From Rotaria socialis (lineage: Eukaryota), in assembly GCA_905331295.1 (NCBI GenBank), contig CAJNYD010000132.1, positions 177,843-197,842 of the forward strand: 20,000 nucleotides of DNA, given 5' to 3'. Position numbers and translations under genes: made by a program. Shown here one piece after another: positions 10,271 to 20,000 of the stretch (the first letter of the stretch is position 1; the number at the start of each line of letters is the position of its first letter). The notes beneath the pieces are model-generated. The model had not been told where the DNA came from and searched no databases. It saw only the letters and a list, made by a program, of their open reading frames with translations.

Positions 10271-11819
10271 CTAAATAATAATAATAAACGTATAGTAAAT
10301 GATGCACATATCAATTTCGATGAAAACAGATATTTAGATTGTTGTGTGATATCGTCTGCCATTTTATTTTATATCTACAAGTGTATGTGCTCGTTCTACT
10401 TTTTGAATTACTATTAAATATTTGAAATCGGTCACACATAACCATAAACGTTAGAAACTAAACACTAGTATCAGTCTGATTGAGACTGATGAATATATAG
10501 ATGTTTGCTTTATAATTCCCTTACAAAACTGAATTTTCAAACACTGTTACACCATTTATTGTCTGGCTCATACCTGGATTCTACTTCAGATTCAATTTCT
10601 AATAAGTTTTGCAACTGAAGCTAGTGAATAATACGTTCTTTTCTCGAAGCTTCTTTTCAATTGAAGTTTTATTTTATGCATTTGAAATGGTTATTATTTT
10701 TTCGTTACTAGTTAACACGCAATCGAAGCCTTCATTATTCATCTATATATTCGTGTACATAGAATATGTTATGCAAGGGTAAAAAAATAATCAACTCTGA
10801 TTTCGACTATGGTGAGCGTAAAAGTACTGCAACGGTTGAAGATAAAAGTTTATTTTAAATAGAAAAATGACTTTGTAATCAAGATAAGAATCTTTAATTG
10901 TAGGAAATTTGGTCTAACTAAAGACTTTTGTAAAAAAATGTATCTGCGTCATACCAAAATTTGATGCTTATCTATACAGATCGGGGGTATTCTAGCTACA
11001 TTTGCATCATACAAGTTGATTGTTAAAAGTTTATTGGAAAACTGCTTTTAATAAGGATACTCCCGAGAAATATTATTATCAAGTTCTACTCTTGACGTCA
11101 CCAGGGAAATTCTATCTTATGCCAAGTAACAAAGGCAGATGTGAGGCCTTCCCATGGATATTTATTACTTGTCACGTAATAGAATAACATCAAGAAATAA
11201 AAATAACTCGATTAAGATAAATACTGTAAAATTGCCTCTAGAAAAAACAACAACAATGAGAACTGGCTGATTTAAATATTAATTCTCCTTTTCGATAGCT
11301 ACGAGACATACTTGAAATCTTTTAAGCATCAAATTTCAATAAAGTATACTTGAAAAAAAATGCAAATGCTACTATTTTTGACTTTCAAATCATTTTGTCA
11401 CAAAATTTGCTCTTCGCAAACCAATGTATTATTATTATTGTACTAATTCTTGTTTTTCTGCCGGATGTTAGGTCAAATTCATCTATGAAAACGCCTCAAA
11501 AGTCTGCTTTTCTTACATGATAAAGCCTAATAAATTTTTAGTGAAATTAACAATAATACTTCTGTGTTGTGCTACTTTAGATTATCCGTTTAGAACAAAA
11601 AAACGCTTTTGAGTAAACTTTTTCTACTAAGCAAGGAATCGAATTAAATGACTCAATCAAAGCGAAGATACTTCAAATTATTATTGTAATGTTAATAATG
11701 GGTTCACTTTAGAGTTGATCGAATTCTGATTTCATGGTCAATTAATTTTTTTACATCGCTTAGTCATTTTGTATATGAACCATTCATGATCACAAAATCA
11801 TTTTCATGACAGCACTCAA

Positions 11820-13240
11820 AGACTATCATTGCGGAGCATTTGATTTATTTCGATTCAAAATTTTGCACTGACATGAAAGAAAACTCGATGTTAAAGACCG
11901 GTTATTGTGTTGTCCGTTTTGATATTGATTCAATTTATATATTGAACAAGGTATGAAACTTACTAATTGAACCACAACAAAACAACATCGTTTATCATTT
12001 ATAAATAGCCTCGAGTGAAATAAAAGCACAATTAGTTCTATTTTTGCGAATAAAAAATATCGCATTTGTATCATTTCAAGATTAACAATAAAATCGAATA
12101 ACGCCTGATGTTAACGTGAAGTTACTATTGACTTTTTATGTTTCAACTTTCTGTTTCACTCATGCATTTATATGTTTAATGTCATAATGTTCTTATTGGT
12201 TCTGTTTCTTAAAACTCAAGTACTTGAAATAGTTTCTAATCACAAATTTCAATGTTTCAACAAAATCTTCAAAGATAGTTCTTTCATTAAATTAATTATT
12301 ATGTCAATAACTTATTGAATCGAAAACTTATTTAATAATGTCATATCGAATTTCATGTATCGATTTGCAATCCTTTTATTGACTTCATTACGAGAAATAT
12401 AGATGCAAATGAGATTCTAGTTTTTATTGCAAAAATGAAAAGGGTGTGGCCTATGAAACTGAGTAATTATACAGAAAAACTCGAACTTTTATTTTACCTT
12501 ATTTTCAATATTTGCTTCATCTTCTGTTTGTATGTTAAATAATTGTCGAAGAACAATTGAATTTTTAATTATTTCACATACAGTATGAATTGAACCCGAT
12601 GAAAGTATTGACGAGCAATAAGGTGTTAAATAAAATTCATGTGCATGAGCATTTTTTGATTTATTAACGTCCGGAGATTTTATTGAGGATGGACTAATTT
12701 GAAAATCATATTTAAGTAGAACATGTGGGTGCAGCTCAACTTGGCATACAGGCAATACTATAACACGCATAATTTATTTCATTGAATTCAGCAGTGTTAT
12801 TATTTACAATAGGCCAATATATGCTCTAGAAAATAAAGAATCGATTTTTTAGGAAATGGTCATACATAAAATACGTCCTGAAAAAAATAAGAAAGAAGTA
12901 TTTCACGAAGAATTCATCTAAGATATGATTGCTGTTCAATAGAGGAGCAAAAGAGACTGAGAAAACTTAACATAGGTGATGCTGCACAGATCAAAAAATA
13001 ATTCATCGACAATTCAGCAAATACTTTTGCGATATTGAACTAAATACGTTCCTCTTTTAGAGAAACTATATTTTTCTCTATCAACATTTTATAGGAAAAA
13101 TGTTTTAGTGACATAACTTTAACTATTCGATCTCACTCATGATTATATTCAAATTCTCGAATTTGAGTCTTCATCGAAAAGTCTTAAATCTCTCTCTGAT
13201 GCATACTCATTAGATTCTAAGCTTCACTCATAAAAATTCG
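11820..13240 (-). pseudogene. Probable decayed spliced gene or transposon-gene remnant of unknown family
   Basis: An acceptor ttttctag precedes 12825; the exon reads SIYWPIVNNNTAEFNEINY..., needs a frameshift near 12773-12739, then ...NIQTEDEANIENK with donor AAG|GTAAAA at 12498/12497. After an 81-nt intron a phase-matched exon at 12416 reads NLICIYISRNEVNKRIANRYMKFDMTLLNKFSIQ* (TAA 12314-12312), followed by further broken frames. I recognised no homology; boundaries are approximate. Confidence 0.4.
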
Positions 13241-14020
13241 ATATTAGTCAAATTAAACAATTCGACTATTTTTCTACTGTTACAAAAGAAGCTGAATAAT
13301 CGTATACATGATGCATTCATAGCAACGAGTAAATGAGGTGTGTTGTACAAGAGTTGCGATCGATCAAATGAACTAGCAAACTAATTGAACAACGGTCTTT
13401 CTACAAACAGGTGGATATGGAATCAAAAGAAAAATACAACCTATTCTAACTTTGGACATCCTCTATGTATAACGTCCTATGAAATATATGAAAAAATAAA
13501 ATAAAATAAAATTCAATTTTATTTTATTATTTGTGTCAACGATCGAACGCTGTAGTCTTTCTCTCATCTTGGCTAGCTTAGAACTCTTCTGTTTTCCTCC
13601 ATCGAATTATTTAATTAGAAATTAACGATTATAATAAACAAAACTTAATTTTTTGATATGAAAATTTGTTAGAAAAGAAAAATTTTCAGTTATTTCAACA
13701 ATAAAACGTAACAAAACAAAGTGCATTAATGTGTTATGTTATCAAATGATGGACGATTGACTATCTAATGATAATACATGTTTATTTGTTATTTGTTCTT
13801 CTTTTTTTTTGTGTGTTTCTATAGATTATGACCGTATTTATACAATAAAATTGATAATATTTTTCTTACAGATTCAACGGCGCAAAAACAAAACGATATT
13901 AACCACACGAGATTGATTTTCAGTTTTCTCCTGTCTTTAACTTGGCATTGATTCATATACCGTGACGCATATATATTTAAAAAAAAAGTCCATTTTTGTG
14001 ACGATCCTTCAACTGAAACT

Positions 14021-15796
14021 ATGACACTCCAACTCATTCCTAATGGTGATCTCGTTTTTAAAGGCCCATTTAATACTGTATCAATGACATCACTTAAATT
14101 GCAAAATAGTGGCAATGAACGACTTGCTTACAAAATAAAAACAACAGCACCAAAACGATATTGTGTGAAACCAAACAGTGGTTTCCTTGAGTCGCATGGT
14201 TCAGCAAGTATTCAAGGTAAAATGAGAATAATATGTTTTTTTTCCTGTTATTATTCCATTTTTTGTTGTGTTTACAGTTATGTTACAACCACAAGCAGCA
14301 GGTCAAGATGATGATCGTACGAAACATAAATTTATGGTGCAATGGGCTGATGTACCAAGTACTTATTCGGAAGACGTCGAAAACTTTGTAAGAGTAACAA
14401 TTCATTTAGTTTTTGAACGCAAAATTGAAAATTTTCATTTAGTGGAAACAAGACTTGTCAAAATGTAATGTACACGATTCTAAATTGAAATGTATCTTTG
14501 CAGAAGAGCCAGCAGCTGCTGTTGTACCAAACGATTCATTTGGATCGAAGGATTCCGATACAGTAAATTCACACATGGATATTTTAGATAATTATCAATA
14601 TTAATTTAATTATTTTTAGATATCTACACGTACTGTAAGTAAAATATCATTTCTTTTGCTTGCTATATGTAAATAGTGATAAAACTATTTGATTATTTTG
14701 AATATATGAGAATTAAAATTTAACTGCATGCATTGCTTGCTCTTGTTTTCAATACCGTTCGCGTTTAGACTCAATCAACAAATGCTAGCGAACCTCGTAA
14801 CCAACAACAAACTAATAAAACTGAACTAATAACATCTACTAATTTGAATCAACGATCAATGATGAATGCTTCACGAAATACAAATCCGATTCAAACTCAA
14901 ACTCAAGATTGTCAGCAGGTTTCTATTCTAGATTTATTCTCTCAGAATGTATCAATACACTGAACTTTCATTGGTCTAAATATAATTTGGTTGAGTCTTT
15001 TTTGCTCAGCTATTTGCTATGTTCAGTTTTTTTGGAGCTTATTTTATAGGCATTTCACATTAGAGCTTTCTCACGCTTTGAAGATGACTTATCTATAGAA
15101 GTACATATTACTATATTTTTTCTTTTTCTTAAAGGATCTTGGCGACGATTCAAATAAAGCACGCCTCAAACAAGAAGTTGATCGTTTGAAAGACGAAAAT
15201 GAAAGCTTAAAAGTATGCATCGTATAGCCATTTTTTTCTTTTTCTGCCATTGAAATTCAAATGCTATCATTTGACTTCTCTCCAGTTTTTGCGGAAGTTT
15301 TATTTTGTATGTTTAAAATGTGAGAGAAATTAAAAGTTTTGAGTGTAAGAATCTACCTATTCTATCTGACATAAAATTCGACAACTGAATGAGAATTTTG
15401 ATGTTAAAATTTAATTGTTCACACGGAATAAATCTCTTAAAAGATGATAAAATTTCATTATGATCATTTTTATATCAACTATGAAGCATATTATTTATAA
15501 TAATTCAATAGAAATTCTTTATTTTTTTTCTCGTTCGTTCATTCGATTGTATATTTTATATTTACTTATTGATTTATTTTTAGGAACAACTTAAAAAACA
15601 AGAACTACGCCAGAGAGCTCCAGGTAGTGATCGTGTCGATAATCCAGTCGTCGATCGATTTAAAACCCGTCAACAACAAAAAGGTCCCGTTCTTTTTGGT
15701 GTTGCTGTTACTGAACAACTTGTTCTTGTGGCTTTTGTTATTGCATTACTATTTGGATTTTCACTCGGTTATTTTCTTTTTTCCTGTGGCAACTAG
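14021..15796 (+). CDS. VAP: Vesicle-associated membrane protein-associated protein (VAPA/VAPB/Vap33 family): MSP domain, coiled coil, C-terminal TM
   Basis: Exons 14021-14216, 14278-14387, 14443-14562, 14620-14634, 14769-14918, 15135-15212, 15584-15796 (TAG) give 293 aa with all exons included. VAP signatures: LVFKGPF, YKIKTTAPKRYCVKPNSG, VMLQP, KHKFMVQ, FWK, DSKLKCIF; coiled coil RLKQEVDRLKDENESLKEQLKKQELRQR; TM LVLVAFVIALLFGFSLGYFLF with a GxxxG motif. Confidence 0.95.
14725..14730 (+). promoter_or_regulatory. TGCATG (RBFOX-type) intronic splicing element in VAP intron 4
   Basis: Exact TGCATG about 90 nt downstream of the 15-nt microexon and 38 nt upstream of the 150-nt exon. Function is inferred from position only. 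Confidence 0.4.
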
Positions 15797-16450
15797 AAGA
15801 AGTAAAGAGCATCAAATTTAAGCTAACAAAATAAAATCTAGATATAAATAAATAAATAAATATATATATACATACATACATATAATACACACATATTCAT
15901 GTTCAATAACTTCGTTTTTATTTTATTTTTCTTGTGTGTGTTTTATTTGGATGAGTACATTTATTGTAGCAAAAAAGACTTTAGAAACTTTAATTCCTTG
16001 GGCTCTAACAGAAATACATTTTACAGATAGGTTAACCAATCTTTATTATACGTTCTAAAGAAATCAACTTCATCTTTTTCCTTTTTATCCTAAGTTCGTT
16101 TCTTTTTTTCTGTTTCCGGTGTGTGAAAATGTTACAGGATCTTGACGCTTTTTTTAGATTTGTGTGCTATTGTAACAACTTTGGCGTTGCTGTTTATTTG
16201 GTTGGATGTTAGTTTCTTTCGTTTGTTTTCTTTTTGTTCTTGTTCGTTACGTCTCGCTTTTTCCTTGCTAAAAATGTAATCAGCGTGTACTGTGTGTACA
16301 TGATTTGGTTATTGGAAAAAAGTCATCGGAAAAAATTCGAAGATGAATAGATCTTTTCAATCATCTAACAGGTTTTTGTGAACTTTTGTTTTTCACGAAC
16401 CTTTCGTTTATTGATACTTCTGATTTCCTCTATTTGTATATTCATATTTA

Positions 16451-16473
16451 AGAGAGCGAGAGAGAGAGAGAGA
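16451..16473 (+). repeat. (AG)n microsatellite with one interruption
   Basis: agagagcgagagagagagagaga between the VAP stop and the gamma-tubulin start. Confidence 0.85.
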
Positions 16474-16775
16474 CACTAAAAACAAATTTGTCTCGTTAAT
16501 CGGTTTAGCAATTCAATGAATACACACATACACAAGCATGACTTTTTTCGTTCTCATTCAAGCATTATCAGTTTTTTTTCAAATGTTGTTCATGGTTTTC
16601 TCTTTCTAATCGTTCGTTTCTGTATGTCGTTCACTTTTTCTTTTTTGAAATAAGTAAAGAGATAAAATCATAGCAACAACCTGAAAACATTTATGCAGTC
16701 ATTAAACTTGCTGTCTTTTGTTTGAAGATTCTTATTTTTATTTTTTTTCCAAAAAAGAAAAGAACAAACAGAAAA

Positions 16776-19435
16776 ATGCCCAGTGAAATTATTACTCTAC
16801 AACTTGGCCAATGTGGTAATCAAAGTAAGTGAAATTCAAGTCATGGTTGATTATCAGAAAAAGAAATAAATGGTTCGCTATCGATCATGATAGAAATGAA
16901 TAGTTGTATGCATGACAATTTATTATTATGACTAGCTAAAGAAATCATTTTCTATACAATACTGAAGTCATGATGATAAGTATGAGTTTTATTTTTAGAA
17001 ACAAAAAAAAAACGCCTACAGATTTAAAACAATAAAAAGTATATATGTAATTAAAATAAGTCATTATCAATTCGACTAGAACGTGCAATAGCTGAGTTAT
17101 ATTTTCAAGTGATAATTTTCTTTTGATTATTGAAAATTACTTTTCTCGTTAACTAAAGCATTCAATTTTCTCTAGTTTTCACCGAGCAATTAGAATGATT
17201 CTGTTGATGTATAATTGAAGGTTTCTTTACTATGTGACTGTAAATTTCATCTATAATTTTAATCTACTGTCCCTAGCATTTAAATATACAGTAAAAAAAT
17301 AAAAATAGAATGCGTGCGTGCGTGCGTGCGTGCTAGAAAAAATCTTGATCATGATATAAATAAAGATATATTGTCTTTAGTTGGTATGGAATTTTGGAGA
17401 CAATTATGTGCTGAACATGGTATTAGTCCTGAAGGCAAATTAGAACCATTCGCAACGGAAGGTTCCGATCGAAAAGATGTCTTTTTTTATCAAGTTTGTT
17501 TTCATTTTGGATTACTAAATCAAATGCAATCTAAGATGAATTCTATGTTATTTTAAATAGGCAGATGATCAACACTATATTCCACGTGCAGTTTTACTCG
17601 ATCTTGAACCTCGTGTCATCGATGGTATTTTGAAATCGCCATATAAACATTTATATAATCCGGAAAATGTTTATATTTCAAAGGATGGAGGTGGTGCAGG
17701 TAAGTGTTTTGTACTGATTAATATTATTCTTTGTTAAAAATTTATTTTATTGTTAGGTAATAATTGGGCACAGGGTTTCTATCAAGGTGAAAAATTGTAC
17801 GAAGAAATTTTTGATATTATTGACCGAGAAGCAGATAATGGGGATTCTGTTGAGGTAAATATTTGTTTAGTGAAATTGATTCATCCATTTTTTTCTAAAT
17901 TTTTTCTCAAAGGGTTTTGTTCTTTGTCATTCCATTGCTGGTGGTACAGGTTCCGGTATGGGTAGTAATATTCTTGAAAAACTTAATGATCGGTAAGAAT
18001 AATATATTTTGAATGATGAAAACTTAATTGTTATCAATAGATTTCCCAAGAAATTAATTCAAACTTATTCTGTCTTTCCTATGACAAACGAAGTGGTGAG
18101 TAAAATTATTTTTACAATTTACTTTTCAACGTCTTACTGCATACATATATATTTTCTTATTTTTAGGCAGATGTTGTTGTTCAGCCGTACAATTCAGTGT
18201 TAACACTTAAACGATTAACTGAGAATGCCGATTGTACAGTACGATATATCGATCACATTGTTCATAATTTTCCATGTGTCGTTTTATTTATTTTTCCTGT
18301 AATAAGGTCGTCCTAGATAACACAGCACTAAATCGTATTGCTACTGAACGTCTAAAAAAAGCTACACCAACACTTGCTGAACTGAATCAACTAGTTAGTT
18401 TCTAAAAAAAAAGCAACAATATTGATTCAATCTTATATTTGATTTAAAGGTATCAACAATTATGTCCGGTAGCACGTCAACACTTCGATATCCAGGTTAT
18501 ATGAATAATGATTTAATTAGTTTAATATCGTCTCTTATTCCAACACCTCGTTTACATTTTCTTATATCTGCTTATACACCATTAACATCCGATAATACAG
18601 TAGGAATAAGGAATAAAAATAAAAATTTATTCTTGAAAATTATAGGAATCTGAAGTACGTAAAACAACTGTTCTTGATGTAATGCGTCGTTTATTACAAC
18701 CGAAAAATGTTATGGTCACAACAGCAGCACGTGATCGTAATGTGACACATTGTTATGTTTCAATATTAAATATAATTCAAGGTGACGTGGATCCATCAGA
18801 GGTAGATAGTTTCTAGATCTTCGCCTATCTTTGAATATGGATTTAGAAATTTGTGCTTGTTTGAAAATAGGTTCATAAAAGTCTTATGCGTATTCGTGAA
18901 CGAAAATTAGCTGATTTTATACCATGGGGTCCGGCTTCAATTCAAGTAGCTCTTTCGAAAAAATCACCGTATGTTACAACGCAACATCGTGTTAGTGGAC
19001 TTATGCTTGCTAATCATACAGGCATTTCATCAGTAGGTTTTTAAAAAAATTTCGAACCAAAAAGATTACGATTAAATTATTTTAGTTATTTGATCGCATC
19101 TGTGATCATTTTGATAAATTAATTAAGCGTGAGGCGTTCGTAGAGAATTTTCGTCGATTACCAATGTTTAAAGATAATCTTGATGAATTCAACGATTCCC
19201 GTGAAGTAATAAGAATGAAATTTGCTGTTGAGAAATGAAAACTAGACCATGCTCTTTTTAATAATTATAGGTTGTTCAGCAACTTATGGATGAATATCGA
19301 GCAGCAACTACAAAGGATTATGTTAACTTCGGTAATACACAAACAGGACAAGTAAGAAAAAAACGACTTTTTGCTCTGATTGGTTTTGTTGAATGAATCT
19401 ATTTAAAAATTTTATTTTAGACTGAGCAGGCATAG
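16776..19435 (+). CDS. TUBG1: Gamma-tubulin, 14 exons, 458 aa
   Basis: Exons 16776-16824, 17381-17493, 17561-17699, 17757-17854, 17913-17992, 18041-18095, 18167-18238, 18307-18393, 18450-18599, 18646-18801, 18871-19032, 19086-19205, 19271-19351, 19421-19435 total 1377 nt, all GT-AG. Gamma-type motifs [139 protein letters not shown]. The last 15-nt exon (TEQA*) is slightly less certain. Confidence 0.98.
17311..17333 (+). repeat. (TGCG)5-TGC tetranucleotide microsatellite in gamma-tubulin intron 1
   Basis: tgcgtgcgtgcgtgcgtgcgtgc, a GC-rich patch in an otherwise AT-rich intron. Confidence 0.9.
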
Positions 19436-20000
19436 AAAATCGACATTATATGTAGAAACATTTTCGGCAATGATCTTAAAAAGTAGTCATGCACAAGTCA
19501 GATAAACAGAATGATGATATTTTTATTTCTTTGATAAATACCTTTTCCTATATAGCATGATTTATCTTAATATATAAATAAATGTTTGAATGGGTCTATG
19601 ATATAATCTAATATTTAATTTTTCAATTTCAAAGTCTCAAAGACGAATAGTATAAATAATCAATCGGCATTTTAATTGTATAGAACTTTAATGATGCTAT
19701 ATTTCTAGAGAAATATTATTAAAAATCATTTATACTATCTACGGTAATTTGTCAAAGCCTCTCGAATCATTGTTTATGAGGAATACGCTTGGCACTAAAA
19801 CCTATGCGACGATATTTTTCTATGCACATCACAAAGTCACAATTCTAAAAAACATTTTTAATAAAATTCAGAAACATTTATTCATTGTTTCAGAGTTTTG
19901 CAAAGACTTGAATAATGTGCTGGGTGTGTCGTATGAGCAGGAGCGTAAACTATTTTTTCTGTTTTGGTAAGCAAGAAAAACGAAATTTTCAAAAGCAGGG

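Noticed and set aside
10470..10490. Small inverted repeat ATCAGTCT-gattg-AGACTGAT
   Set aside because: An 8-bp stem is expected by chance in 20 kb of AT-rich DNA, and there is no MITE structure or TSD.
11093..11100. Perfect CRE palindrome TGACGTCA upstream of MTHFSD
   Set aside because: A single 8-mer with unknown TSS cannot be distinguished from chance.
9889..15821. ORFs 9889-10122 (+), 13819-14115 (-) and 15627-15821 (+)
   Set aside because: Antisense or off-frame overlaps of the MTHFSD and VAP coding exons.
19749..19970. 73-aa ORF at the right edge
   Set aside because: Non-ATG start, no recognisable domain and too little context; it could belong to a feature beyond the window.
1..20000. 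Prokaryotic-type systems (CRISPR, defence islands, operons), tRNA/rRNA genes or intact transposases
   Set aside because: The sequence is spliceosomal-intron-rich eukaryotic DNA; no repeat-spacer arrays, cloverleafs, rRNA motifs or RT/transposase ORFs were seen.

Overview
AT-rich eukaryotic (metazoan) genomic DNA with many very short GT-AG introns (46-70 nt); this style suggests a bdelloid rotifer such as Rotaria or Adineta, which is an inference and not a tested assignment. Five protein-coding genes can be spliced by hand: (1) SNF-related kinase SNRK on the minus strand, running off the left edge; (2) an intronless, DOMON-less DBH/MOXD1-like copper monooxygenase with all six Cu ligands, a signal peptide and a C-terminal membrane anchor; (3) a divergent MTHFSD (5-formyl-THF cyclo-ligase family) on the minus strand, with an N-terminal extension and no RRM; (4) a VAP (MSP domain, coiled coil, TM) with a 15-nt microexon and a probable 150-nt cassette exon; (5) a 14-exon gamma-tubulin. 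A probable decayed, spliced gene remnant lies at about 11.8-13.2 kb. I found no CRISPR array, RNA gene or intact transposon, and no clearly new multi-gene system. The best leads are the intronless monooxygenase, the altered MTHFSD architecture, the VAP splicing module and the unidentified pseudogene.
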